Source: an uncultured Pseudomonadales bacterium
GTDB lineage: Bacteria; Pseudomonadota; Gammaproteobacteria; Pseudomonadales; UBA7434
NCBI GenBank assembly: GCA_905478995.1
Contig: CAJQKT010000015.1
Span: 5,902-69,901, forward strand
Reading direction: 5' to 3'
DNA: 64,000 nt
Under the pieces are notes generated by a model. It saw nothing but the letters and a program-made list of their open reading frames with translations, was not told where the DNA came from and ran no database searches. The position numbers were made by a program, and so were the translations under genes. Positions 47,909 through 57,237 of the stretch are shown here, one piece after another. Every line of letters begins with the position of its first letter. The stretch's first letter is position 1.

Positions 47909-48241
47909 ATGCCTAACAACAATCCAGCCACTAATATTTTTGAGTCAATTCCTGAGGATCTTGCTCAAGAGTGCTTCACGACACTGGCGCAGGCTCAGAG
48001 TGTAAAGATTGAGAGGATTGTGTCAAAGGGGCACGCTTCTCGAAGTGGCGATTGGTATGATCAGGCCGATAACGAGTGGCTGATAGTGATCAAAGGCCAA
48101 GCCATCCTCTCTTTTGCCAGCGAAAGCGATATTTATCTTGATGTAGGAGACTATCTCAATATTCCTGCACGCAAAAAACATAGAGTTAAATGGACGCCGT
48201 CCGATGTCGAAACGATATGGTTGGCAGTGCACTATCGCTAG
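47909..48241 (+). CDS. small cupin domain protein
   Basis: 110 aa with a GAGAGG RBS. Beta-barrel motifs (WLIVIKGQAIL ... GDYLNIPARKKHRV). Confidence 0.7.
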   Translation: MPNNNPATNIFESIPEDLAQECFTTLAQAQSVKIERIVSKGHASRSGDWYDQADNEWLIVIKGQAILSFASESDIYLDVGDYLNIPARKKHRVKWTPSDVETIWLAVHYR

Positions 48242-48428
48242 CTATGAACGTTGCGTGAAAAGCATTGGCGCAGAGGCGGCAGCGCTGATTTAACGGCTGT
48301 ATCGTAGATAGGTTTTTAAGAAGTTATGGTAGACTGCGCGCACATTTTTTGTGCCTCTATAGGCCGCAAGGATTGAAAACTCTGCGCTCGTTTTTTTTCG
48401 CCTTTCTTCCCTTGACCAAGGACTACCA

Positions 48429-48857
48429 ATGAAAATTTGCGGTGTTGAACTTACGGGTAGTGATGCAGTGATTTGTTTGCTCGACCGTGATCGTGGGCAG
48501 CTGCATATCCCTGACTGTAGGGTCCGTAAGCTGACTTTAAAAAAAGACCATGATCGCGAAGATTTGCAACAGTTTCAGTCAACATTTGCCAAGTTGATGA
48601 GCGATTACAGTATTGACCGTGTTGTCATAAAAGAACGCTTGCCTAAAGGCAAGTTTGCCGGCGGCGCCATCAGTTTCAAGTTGGAAGCTGCTATTCAGCT
48701 TATTGAGGCGCTAGACGTTAGTTTACTTTCCGCCGGGCAAATAAAATCCATTTTGGCTGCTAACCCATTGTTGATGCCGTTTGCTGATACGGGCTTAAAG
48801 GTTTTTCAAGAGACTGCATTTTCTGCGGCTTATGCGGCACATATGTCGGCTGAATAG
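48429..48857 (+). CDS. DUF3010 family protein
   Basis: 142 aa with an AAGGA RBS. The N-terminus MKICGVELTGSDAVICLLD matches my recollection of DUF3010 proteins. Not verified. Confidence 0.6.
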   Translation: MKICGVELTGSDAVICLLDRDRGQLHIPDCRVRKLTLKKDHDREDLQQFQSTFAKLMSDYSIDRVVIKERLPKGKFAGGAISFKLEAAIQLIEALDVSLLSAGQIKSILAANPLLMPFADTGLKVFQETAFSAAYAAHMSAE

Positions 48858-48995
48858 AAGTTGTCTTATGTTGCGCTGTCTCACCAAGCGTTCGTATTAT
48901 TGCCGGAGGTTCACGGTCACCAGCAATGATTATCCATTCAACACGGTGATAGTGAGAGCCGATATAACTGAGACTTTTAGTTGAGGGTTAGTTCC

Positions 48996-49256
48996 ATGCC
49001 GTCACGTTACTTAAACAATGTTCAGCTCTACCATTTTACGACATGCCCGTATTGCATAAAGGTTCGGCTTGCTATGAAAATAATGGGTATTGGCATGGAG
49101 TGCAAAAATATACATGCCAATGCTGAATACAGGGCGCAACTGATTACTGGTGGTGGCAAGCCTCAGGTTCCTTGTCTTCGCATTGTGCACAATGATGCAG
49201 TGCGCTGGTTGTATGAATCGAGCGATATCATTCAATATCTCAAGCAGGCTAAGTGA
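48996..49256 (+). CDS. glutaredoxin-like / GST N-terminal-domain protein (CPYC)
   Basis: LYHFTTCPYCIKVRLAM ... KPQVPCL, a thioredoxin-fold pattern. The ATG at 48996 is preferred. Confidence 0.7.
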   Translation: MPSRYLNNVQLYHFTTCPYCIKVRLAMKIMGIGMECKNIHANAEYRAQLITGGGKPQVPCLRIVHNDAVRWLYESSDIIQYLKQAK

Positions 49257-49304
49257 CATTTGTACCTGCCTGACATCAACTAATAAAAAGCGTGCTAAGA
49301 CCTG

Positions 49305-49925
49305 ATGAAAAAGCCACTGCACGAGGTTTATGACACATTTGCCCACACCTACGAAGCCAGTCGCGGGCACTTTGACATCTCTGACCTGTTAGATAATTTT
49401 TATGCGCGATTACCGCTAGCCAATCGCGCATTATTAGATTTGGGTTGTGGGGCGGGTGAGCCAGTTGCACAATATTTCCTCGACCGAGATTGGTCGGTGG
49501 TTGGTGTGGACTTTTCAGAAAAGATGATTGAGTTGGCTGGCCGTTACGCCCCTGCAATGCAAGCATTGCATGCCGACATAACGGAAGTCGATTTTTATGC
49601 AAATCAATTTGAAGCGATTACAGCAACCTATAGTTTGTTTCATATTGGCTCAAATCAACATGCAATATTGTTTAAAAAAATGTATGAATGGTTGCTTCCA
49701 GGAGGTAAGGTATTATTCACTTATGCCACTCGGGAGTACACGGGCAGTGAAGCATTTGATGGCTACAAAATCTTTTTGGGGCAAGAGCTCTACTATAGCC
49801 ATAAGCCGCCTAGTGATTTATACGCTGATTTAAAACATATAGGTTTCTATATAGATGTTGCCGAATATAAAAGCATTGGTGATGAGGTATTTTTATGGGT
49901 TACGATGAGTAAGCCTGAAGGGTAA
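49305..49925 (+). CDS. class I SAM-dependent methyltransferase
   Basis: Motif I LLDLGCGAGEP, motif II VVGVDFSEKM, and a downstream LLPGGKVLF. Confidence 0.8.
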   Translation: MKKPLHEVYDTFAHTYEASRGHFDISDLLDNFYARLPLANRALLDLGCGAGEPVAQYFLDRDWSVVGVDFSEKMIELAGRYAPAMQALHADITEVDFYANQFEAITATYSLFHIGSNQHAILFKKMYEWLLPGGKVLFTYATREYTGSEAFDGYKIFLGQELYYSHKPPSDLYADLKHIGFYIDVAEYKSIGDEVFLWVTMSKPEG

Positions 49926-50055
49926 ACCGGTAGCGGTGCATGTGCTGATGCGCCAGTATATTCTGCCAAGAAAAATTATTTCGTTTATGTAAAACTGTTG
50001 TTTTTTAAATTTAATGCCTGCTGGACTCCCCCGAATATCTAAGAGACTATTTTTA

Positions 50056-50268
50056 ATGCGAGAAGTTGAAATTACCCATGAGCCTGTTGCGCTGTATAAA
50101 ATTCTTAAATTCGAAGGCGTTGTCGCCAGTGGCGGCGAAGCAAAATCGGCGATTGACGACGGTTTGGTGAGCGTCAATGGCGTAGTAGAAACTAGGCGCC
50201 GAAAAAAAATTATAGCAGGTGATGTGGTTGAATATAGGAATGAAAAAATGACGATATTGCTTGTCTAA
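50056..50268 (+). CDS. S4-domain RNA-binding protein (YbcJ-like)
   Basis: About 70 aa. The pattern LYKILKFEGVVASGGEAKSAIDDGLVSVNG..ETRRRKKI..GD is YbcJ-like. Confidence 0.75.
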   Translation: MREVEITHEPVALYKILKFEGVVASGGEAKSAIDDGLVSVNGVVETRRRKKIIAGDVVEYRNEKMTILLV

Positions 50269-50336
50269 AGACCGTGGCTAAGCGGGCATCAATTCTGATG
50301 CGCAATGCCTTAAATCCTTCAACGAGGAGATTATCC

Positions 50337-50825
50337 ATGAAAACATTTATTCTTACTCTGAAATGGCGGTCCCTATTTGCAGCAGCGCTGTTAACAACGA
50401 GTTTATCGGTACTGGCCGAGGGCGATGAGCAGGCTATTAGAGATGCAGCTGCAGATTTTTATCAGGCGCTGAACAGTATGTTTAAAGGTGATCTTGAGTC
50501 TATGGAGGCCGTGTGGTCGCACGCCGCTGACATCACCTATATGGGGCCTACAGGAGGCTTGCATTTAGGATGGAGTGCCGTACTAAAAGATTGGCAGTTA
50601 CAAGCCGCGATGAAGTTAGGCGGTTCAGTTGAACCGCTAGATATGCAGATTTTTGTGGGAGAGCAGCTAGCGATTACTCAAAATTATGAAAAAGGAACCA
50701 ACCAAAATAGCGAAGGCATAGACGTTGTTATCATGATTCGAGCAACTAACATCTTTCGCAAAGAGGGCGGCGCGTGGAAAATGATTGGCCACCATACCGA
50801 TTTACTACCTCACGTGCAGCAGTGA
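50337..50825 (+). CDS. secreted NTF2-like (SnoaL/DUF4440-type) protein
   Basis: GAGGAG RBS and a signal peptide. The layout AADFYQALN..GDLESMEAVW ... GGAWKMIGHH is an NTF2-like fold signature. Confidence 0.65.
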   Translation: MKTFILTLKWRSLFAAALLTTSLSVLAEGDEQAIRDAAADFYQALNSMFKGDLESMEAVWSHAADITYMGPTGGLHLGWSAVLKDWQLQAAMKLGGSVEPLDMQIFVGEQLAITQNYEKGTNQNSEGIDVVIMIRATNIFRKEGGAWKMIGHHTDLLPHVQQ

Positions 50826-50989
50826 TTGGGCAGCAGGCTCTTGGTCAGACCGATAGTCATCAAGCAAAATTGACGGAATACTTGGCCCGAAAAGTAAAGC
50901 TTGCGGCGGGCATATTTTTCGCAAAACACTAAAGCTATCTATCAACAGCGCCCAATATTTTTTCAATGCTAATCAGGAGATTGAAGCAT

Positions 50990-51313
50990 ATGGCTTATAC
51001 CTCAATTGTTTTTAAGCACCCACATACTGGAGCCATGAGGCAGGCCCCTGTGGGTTTTTCTTGGACAGTTTTCTTTTTTGGTTTCTTCCCGCCATTGTTT
51101 CGTGGCGATTGGAAATGGGCTGTTATTATTTTCCTACTTTCATTGCTTACCATGGGTCTTAGTAACTTGGTGTTTATGTTTTTGTACAATAAGTTTTATA
51201 TTAAAGATCTTATTGGTACCGGCTTTAAGGCTGAATCGATTGCCAGTGGCAATATGGCCGAGGCCGATCAAAAGATTGGTATGGAAATTCCGCGCATAGA
51301 CCCCGCTGTCTGA
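50990..51313 (+). CDS. DUF2628-like small membrane protein
   Basis: GFSWTVFFFGFFPPLFRGDWKWAVI and two TM helices. A GGAG RBS precedes the ATG at 50990. Confidence 0.6.
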   Translation: MAYTSIVFKHPHTGAMRQAPVGFSWTVFFFGFFPPLFRGDWKWAVIIFLLSLLTMGLSNLVFMFLYNKFYIKDLIGTGFKAESIASGNMAEADQKIGMEIPRIDPAV

Positions 51314-51405
51314 GTAATTTTTAAATAAGGCCACTTACTTTTTTTCGCCGATTGTGCGTGGAAGATTCGGGTTTGTGCATAAAAATATTACGGGTATGAG
51401 TTGTG

Positions 51406-51828
51406 ATGAATGTTAAAAAAATAATTGCTAGTTTTGTTGTTGTTGTCAGTATGGCCCAGCTTAATGCTGAGGAGTTGTTACGCACTGAGCAAACATGGGA
51501 GGGGGCCGATATCGAATACCCTACGGGTACTCCAGAAGTCACTTCTATTAAACTCAATATAGCCGAAGGTGAACTCACGCCGTTCCATTGCCATCCTGTG
51601 CCAACTGTTGGTTATGTTTTGCAGGGCGATCTGGAAGTAGAGACAAAAGACGGCAAGAAAAAAATGCTCCATAAAGGCGAGTCGGTGGTAGAGGTTTTGC
51701 GCACGGTCCATCGGGGTCGAGCTGTTGGCGGCCCCGTTGAAATCGTAGTCTTTTACATAGGCGTTACGTCAATGCCTCATACAGTGCTTCCGGAAAATGA
51801 TCCTGATCATGAATATTGCGATGGTTAA
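51406..51828 (+). CDS. secreted cupin domain protein
   Basis: Signal peptide. Cupin motifs (PFHCHPVPTVGYVLQGDLEV ... GESVVEVLRTVHRG). Confidence 0.75.
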   Translation: MNVKKIIASFVVVVSMAQLNAEELLRTEQTWEGADIEYPTGTPEVTSIKLNIAEGELTPFHCHPVPTVGYVLQGDLEVETKDGKKKMLHKGESVVEVLRTVHRGRAVGGPVEIVVFYIGVTSMPHTVLPENDPDHEYCDG

Positions 51829-51950
51829 AATCATTTAAGCATCAACATCATACGCAGTAGCGTAGAATCCGCCTTAGGCTAATTGGGGTTGATTATTTTT
51901 ATAGTTATTCAGGCTCATTTTTTAACGATAGGCTCTACCGGAAATATTTA

Positions 51951-52628
51951 ATGAAAGTACTCATAGTTTTAACCTCGCACAGCAAATTGGGCAATACAGG
52001 TAATAAAACGGGCTTCTGGTTAGAAGAGTTTGCTAGCCCCTATTACGCATTAAAGGATGCTGGGGCTGAGATCACGTTGGCATCACCGCAGGGCGGACAG
52101 CCGCCGCTCGATCCGAAAAGCGATGAGCCCGATGCGAAAACTGAAGCAACTCAGCGCTTTTCTAAGGATGTTGCCGCGCAAGCGCAGCTGGCTAATACCG
52201 TTGAACTGGCTGATGTCAGTGCGGGTTCGTTCGATGCTGTATTTTATCCAGGAGGGCATGGTCCGCTATGGGATCTGTATAGTGACGCTAATTCTATTGC
52301 CCTGATTCAAGACTTTATTGCAGCTGAGAAATATGTGGCTGCAGTTTGTCATGCTCCAGCAGTATTATTAAAAGCAAAAGACCCCAACGGTAGGCCATTG
52401 CTTGAGGGAAAAAAAGTGACGGGCTTCAGTAATTCTGAGGAGGCTGCGGTTGAATTAACTGATGTGGTACCCTATTTACTTGAGGATGAATTGATGAAAG
52501 TAGGCGGAATTTATCAAAAGGTTGAAGACTGGCATCCCTTAGCGGTCGTTGATGGTTTGGTTATCACAGGGCAGAACCCTGCTTCTTCTCAGGTGGTGGC
52601 TCAAGCGCTATTGCAAACCGCGAGTTAG
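51951..52628 (+). CDS. DJ-1/PfpI-family type 1 glutamine amidotransferase-like protein
   Basis: Contains FDAVFYPGGHG and the nucleophile elbow AAVCHAPAVL. 225 aa. Confidence 0.85.
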   Translation: MKVLIVLTSHSKLGNTGNKTGFWLEEFASPYYALKDAGAEITLASPQGGQPPLDPKSDEPDAKTEATQRFSKDVAAQAQLANTVELADVSAGSFDAVFYPGGHGPLWDLYSDANSIALIQDFIAAEKYVAAVCHAPAVLLKAKDPNGRPLLEGKKVTGFSNSEEAAVELTDVVPYLLEDELMKVGGIYQKVEDWHPLAVVDGLVITGQNPASSQVVAQALLQTAS

Positions 52629-52693
52629 CGTATAGGTCTTGAGATAAATCGATAGTAAAGTTTAAGTTTTTCTATGTTAATTGAGGAATAAAA

Positions 52694-53074
52694 ATGTTCA
52701 GTCACATTATGATCGGTGCAAATGATGTTCAGGCTTCCAAAGCTTTTTATGATGCTATTTTAGGGACGATGGGCTTTGCTCCAGGCACAATTGATGAAAA
52801 AGGACGCTGTTTTTATTTTACCGATACCGGTATTTTTTCTATTACGTTGCCTATTGATGGGCAGCCAGCAAGCCATGGTAATGGCAGTACTATTGGGTTT
52901 GCGGCAGATTCACCGGCCACTGCCGATGCTTGGCATGCGGCAGGAATTGCCAATGGTGGCACGGCTTGTGAGGATGCTCCAGGTGTTCGAGAAGGGGGGC
53001 TGGGTAAACTTTATCTTGCTTACTTGCGCGACCCGGCCGGTAATAAAGTTTGCGCGCTTCATCGCATAGGGTAG
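52694..53074 (+). CDS. VOC (glyoxalase/bleomycin-resistance/dioxygenase) family protein
   Basis: 126 aa. Starts MFSHIMIGANDVQASKAFYD and ends YLRDPAGNKV, a typical VOC signature. Confidence 0.85.
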   Translation: MFSHIMIGANDVQASKAFYDAILGTMGFAPGTIDEKGRCFYFTDTGIFSITLPIDGQPASHGNGSTIGFAADSPATADAWHAAGIANGGTACEDAPGVREGGLGKLYLAYLRDPAGNKVCALHRIG

Positions 53075-53199
53075 ATATAGTGTGGCTATAGGGTAGGCAT
53101 AGTCAGCACTGATAAAGGCTTTTTTGTTTTGCGGCTTGTGCGGTTCGTTTTTTTTCTGGAGATTTTTATGTTCAGAGGCTACCAAGTCTGTGAGTGTTT

Positions 53200-55014
53200 A
53201 TGCGATCTATAGGTTGGTTTTTGTGCTGTGCATTCGTAGCTCTTGCACAGCCTAAGCTGGCTTTTTCGCAAAGCCAATTGCCAGGCGATAGTGCAAGTGC
53301 TTCTTCAGAAAGCCCGATCGTTATTTATCAGGCAAAAGATATTGTCACTCTCGATCCTGATAAACCGAATGTTGAAGTCGTTGCGGTCAAGGGCGACAAG
53401 ATATTTGCTACGGGATCGTTGAGGCAAGTTAAAAAAATTATAGGCAAGCAGTCTTTTGTTATTGACGATACGTTCGCAGAGACGGTTTTTGTACCGGGCT
53501 TTGTCGCGCAGCATGACCATCCTTTTTTAGCGGGAATTACTATGACATCCGCAATTATTTCAATTGAAGATTGGGTGTTGCCGGAAAAAACTTATAAAGC
53601 GGCAAAAGGGCAGGCCGAATATATCTCGCGATTGAGAGAAGAAGAGTCAAATCTGAACGACCCAAACGAGCTGTTACTTAGTTGGGGTTATCACCACTAT
53701 ATGCACGGTGAGCTTAGCTCGTCGAAATTGGATGCTATTAGTAGTGTCCGACCTATTATTGTTTGGCACCGATCAGCTCACGAGATGTATTTTAATTCCG
53801 TCGCGCAACAGAAATATGGCATCAGTCGCCAATGGCATAATACACTCAATGAAGCTGTGAAAAATCAAACTGATTTTGACAGTGGGCATTATTGGGAGCA
53901 AGGATTTTTTGCGATAGTGCCTTTAGTCATGCCTCTATTCACCGAGCCTAAACGACTCCAAGCCGCGTTAGAGTTTTTCGAAAATTATCTTCATGTGGCA
54001 GGTATTACATTGGGAGCCGAACCTGGCGGGCTGCTTTCTAGGGCGTTACAAGATGCGCAAAATTCTGTCTTGAGCGATGCCGATACACCCTTTCGTTTTT
54101 ACTTTATTGCTGACGGTAAATCATTAGTCGCTTTATATGACAACGAAAGTCTTATTTCTAAAACAGAAAGTTTGTTGGGATGGGGCAATGGCATGACCGA
54201 TTTTTTGCCCAAGCAAGTAAAGCTCTTTGCCGATGGCGCTGTTTTTAGTCAGGCGATGCAGCTTCGGGAAGATTACAGCGATGGCCATGGCGGCGAGTGG
54301 ATGATGGATTTGGATGTATTTGCACGAGCCTTTCAAATCTATTGGGACAGTGACTACCAAATTCATGTTCATGTGAATGGCGATAAAGGCCTAGATATGG
54401 TTTTGGATCAGCTTGAGAATAATATCAAGCGTAATCCACGTATCGACCATCGAACAGTGTTAATTCATTTTGCTGTATCACAGCCCGACCAAATAGATAG
54501 AATCAAAAAACTCGGCGCGATTGTTAGTGCGAATCCGTATTATCCTGTAGCGTTAGCGGATAATTATCGCTCTAATGGGCTGGAGCCTGCCCGCGCTGAC
54601 AATATGGTTCGGTTGGGAGACATTGAACGGGCAGGGATTTCCTACTCACTACATTCAGACATGCCTATGGCGCCGGCACAGCCACTTTTTCTTATGTGGT
54701 CAGCCGTGAACCGGATAACTAATGACGGGAATCTACGCGGTGCAGAGCAGCGAGTCAGCCGTTTAGGCGCATTGAGGGCTGTGACTTTGGATGCCGCATA
54801 TTCACTGCGTTTGGAAAAACAACTGGGCAGCATTGAGCCCGGAAAATTGGCTAACTTTACTGTACTTGGCGAAAACCCAGTGACAATTGATCCTTTGGAG
54901 ATTAAGGATATAAAGGTTTGGGCAACGATTCACGAGGGGCGCATCTTCCCTATCAAAAACATTTCTGAGGTCACGAGTAAAAATTTATTGGTACCATTAT
55001 CTGCTGGTCACTAG
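53200..55014 (+). CDS. secreted amidohydrolase family protein (Amidohydro_3 / YtcJ-like)
   Basis: Signal peptide. N-terminal PGFVAQHDHPF (HxH metal motif). IHVHVNGD and C-terminal HSDMPM metal ligands. Confidence 0.8.
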   Translation: MRSIGWFLCCAFVALAQPKLAFSQSQLPGDSASASSESPIVIYQAKDIVTLDPDKPNVEVVAVKGDKIFATGSLRQVKKIIGKQSFVIDDTFAETVFVPGFVAQHDHPFLAGITMTSAIISIEDWVLPEKTYKAAKGQAEYISRLREEESNLNDPNELLLSWGYHHYMHGELSSSKLDAISSVRPIIVWHRSAHEMYFNSVAQQKYGISRQWHNTLNEAVKNQTDFDSGHYWEQGFFAIVPLVMPLFTEPKRLQAALEFFENYLHVAGITLGAEPGGLLSRALQDAQNSVLSDADTPFRFYFIADGKSLVALYDNESLISKTESLLGWGNGMTDFLPKQVKLFADGAVFSQAMQLREDYSDGHGGEWMMDLDVFARAFQIYWDSDYQIHVHVNGDKGLDMVLDQLENNIKRNPRIDHRTVLIHFAVSQPDQIDRIKKLGAIVSANPYYPVALADNYRSNGLEPARADNMVRLGDIERAGISYSLHSDMPMAPAQPLFLMWSAVNRITNDGNLRGAEQRVSRLGALRAVTLDAAYSLRLEKQLGSIEPGKLANFTVLGENPVTIDPLEIKDIKVWATIHEGRIFPIKNISEVTSKNLLVPLSAGH

Positions 55015-55061
55015 TCGAAACGTGTGACCTGCTATGTTAAGTTCAAGCTAAGGAATGAACC

Positions 55062-55532
55062 ATGAACTGGGGCGCACTGGGTGCAATTTCAGAAACGATA
55101 GGAGCGATCGGCGTGATTGCCTCGCTGCTTTATGTGGCTTTGCAGGTTCGTGCCAATACGCGCGCTTCGGCAGTCGAGGCTAAGCTTGCGTCTACGCGTT
55201 TTTACGCCGAATTTTTGGATAAGCTCATCGAGTCGCCTGAGTTGAACGATCTTTTTAGTCGTGGCCGATCCGACTTTAATGCCCTGGAGCGAGACGATCA
55301 ATTTCGATTCACTAATCTAGCGTTACGTGCCTTTACTATTTTTTCAGCTAATTGGTTTCAGTATCGGCAGGGCACATTGAATGAGCAAGATTGGTTTGAG
55401 CAGATGGCAATCGTTAATTTTTGGTTGCGTGGAGCAGGCATACAGCAATGGTGGAATAAAACAGGCAGGCTTATGTTTGGCAGTGATTTTGTCAATTTTA
55501 TAGACGTGGCCATAGAAAATACCAATGCCTAG
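55062..55532 (+). CDS. hypothetical protein with a single N-terminal TM helix
   Basis: 156-aa ATG ORF with a hydrophobic N-terminus (IGAIGVIASLLYVALQV). I do not recognise the family. Confidence 0.5.
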   Translation: MNWGALGAISETIGAIGVIASLLYVALQVRANTRASAVEAKLASTRFYAEFLDKLIESPELNDLFSRGRSDFNALERDDQFRFTNLALRAFTIFSANWFQYRQGTLNEQDWFEQMAIVNFWLRGAGIQQWWNKTGRLMFGSDFVNFIDVAIENTNA

Positions 55533-55587
55533 CCGCATAACCATGAATAATTTATTTATGTTTCTAAATTCGGGATTTTAACGACTG

Positions 55588-55779
55588 ATGCAGCAGCTTC
55601 TTAATCAACACATACAGTGCCCATACTGCGGTGAAGTTATTGAGGTGTTAATTGACTGCTCAGTACCAGAGCAGGAATATATTGAAGATTGTCAGGTGTG
55701 CTGTCGTCCGATTAGCTTTAATGTGACTATTGACCATGAAGGCGATGCGTCGGTTGTTGTAACGCATGAAAATGAATAG
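55588..55779 (+). CDS. CPXCG-motif cysteine-rich zinc-ribbon protein
   Basis: 63 aa. Contains CPYCG...x...CQVCCRP. Confidence 0.7.
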   Translation: MQQLLNQHIQCPYCGEVIEVLIDCSVPEQEYIEDCQVCCRPISFNVTIDHEGDASVVVTHENE

Positions 55780-55799
55780 TCTCAAGCGAGGAGGTTGGT

Positions 55800-56153
55800 T
55801 TGGCATTTACACTAACATTTTTTCAAATTTTTTCATGGGGCATTTATTTAATTGCGCCTTTGTTGATGATATTTTTTTTGGCGATAATGATATTAGCTTT
55901 AATTGCAGGGCGTATTGAATCTTGGAATAAATTCGACGCGTTATACTGGGGCTTTATTACAGCCTTAACCGTCGGTTATGGCGATATCAGGCCTGTAAAA
56001 AAAACGACGAAAAGTTTGTCGGTTGTGATTGCGGCGTTCGGTATTATGTTTTCCGGTATGCTCGTTGCCATAACCATAGAGGCCTCTACGCGAGCTTTTA
56101 AAATACACATGGATCCTGAAGTTATGCGTGTGATTGAGGCGCGAATAGGCTGA
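55800..56153 (+). CDS. minimal two-TM potassium channel (pore-only, 117 aa)
   Basis: Selectivity filter TVGYGD preceded by a pore helix (ALYWGFITAL) and flanked by two TM helices. TTG start with a GAGGAGG RBS 6 nt upstream. Confidence 0.75.
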   Translation: MAFTLTFFQIFSWGIYLIAPLLMIFFLAIMILALIAGRIESWNKFDALYWGFITALTVGYGDIRPVKKTTKSLSVVIAAFGIMFSGMLVAITIEASTRAFKIHMDPEVMRVIEARIG

Positions 56154-56551
56154 ATGCCTGCGTGACGATTGGGCGTTGCTGTTTTCGGTTGGGTGCGCCC
56201 GATGCATTGAACAATTATGAATAGTCGGCTCACCACGTTAAATGCCACCTTATCTGAGCCGATGGTGTGTTGGTTGGCTACGCTTGGGCAGCTTAATGAT
56301 GGGTAATTTTGACGCAGGCCTATCAATTGGCGTCTAAAAGGCGCAAGCTTGCTAAAGACTTAGCCTGTTGCTGCTTGATCGCTTGAAGAGGGTGTACTCC
56401 TCCACTTCGGTCGGCTCTTATTATTAGATGCCCTCACAATATAACCCGTTGAATTCTTAGCTATAACAAGCCTGTCACACTGCGCCCTTCAACAGGGTTT
56501 ATTGCTTACGCAAGGCTATAGCGGCCTTTTTGAATATTGAAGGTATAAGAG

Positions 56552-56893
56552 ATGTCGGATAAGTTTTTTTTCAACGGGCGTCAGGACGCGCGTCAAAATC
56601 ATACAAATCACGGTTATCAAACAAAAGCGGCCGCTAAAACGGGCAGCAAAAAATACCCGCTGCAGTTAGTTGTAACGAATGACGAGCGAAAGCAAGAAGT
56701 TGAGCGATTAGTGGCCGAAGCCGATTTATATGCTGAAATTACTCTTGATACGACGGCTAATGGCGTAGAATCCATCGCAGAGCTTACTGCCTTGCTTAAT
56801 AAGGCATCGACTCTCGTATTGGATAAGACTCCCGCGCGCAATGATCCTTGCCATTGTGGCAGTGGTAACAAGTACAAAAAGTGTTGTGCTTAA
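56552..56893 (+). CDS. SEC-C metal-binding-motif protein
   Basis: The C-terminus NDPCHCGSGNKYKKCC is the SEC-C zinc motif. 113 aa. Confidence 0.75.
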   Translation: MSDKFFFNGRQDARQNHTNHGYQTKAAAKTGSKKYPLQLVVTNDERKQEVERLVAEADLYAEITLDTTANGVESIAELTALLNKASTLVLDKTPARNDPCHCGSGNKYKKCCA

Positions 56894-56912
56894 ACCAAAA
56901 TGGACTGAACGC

Positions 56913-57143
56913 ATGAACCGGATTGATCAACATAAAATTAATCCCCGTAAGTTGCTCAATAGTAAGTGGACCGCAGCAAAGCCGAGCAACAAAGAAAAGC
57001 ATTTTTTAGTGACCGATGTCGAATTTGATGATGATGAGATTGTAGTTGCTTGCGCCATTGAGGCCATTATTTCAAAGCGCACTATGGCAATTGACTGGCA
57101 CGATTTAAAAGATTCAACGCAGTGGCTAGCTGGCTGGAAATAG
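56913..57143 (+). CDS. TIGR02450-like Trp-rich small protein
   Basis: About 76 aa. Contains INPRKLLNSKWTA..P..KEKHFLVT and a C-terminal W..W pattern. The ATG at 56913 is preferred over the overlapping 56841 start. Confidence 0.6.
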   Translation: MNRIDQHKINPRKLLNSKWTAAKPSNKEKHFLVTDVEFDDDEIVVACAIEAIISKRTMAIDWHDLKDSTQWLAGWK

Positions 57144-57173
57144 TTTTAATTTTTTAGCAAGCACCATCGCACC

Positions 57174-57203
57174 TTATATTCGAACCGGTGAATTCGAATA
57201 TAA
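57174..57203 (+). promoter_or_regulatory. perfect 11-bp inverted repeat upstream of the cold-shock gene
   Basis: TTATATTCGAA-ccggtgaa-TTCGAATATAA, 35-64 nt upstream of the csp ATG. Confidence 0.4.
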
Positions 57204-57237
57204 CTTTTAAAGTTCACCAACAATATGAGTAAAAGTA

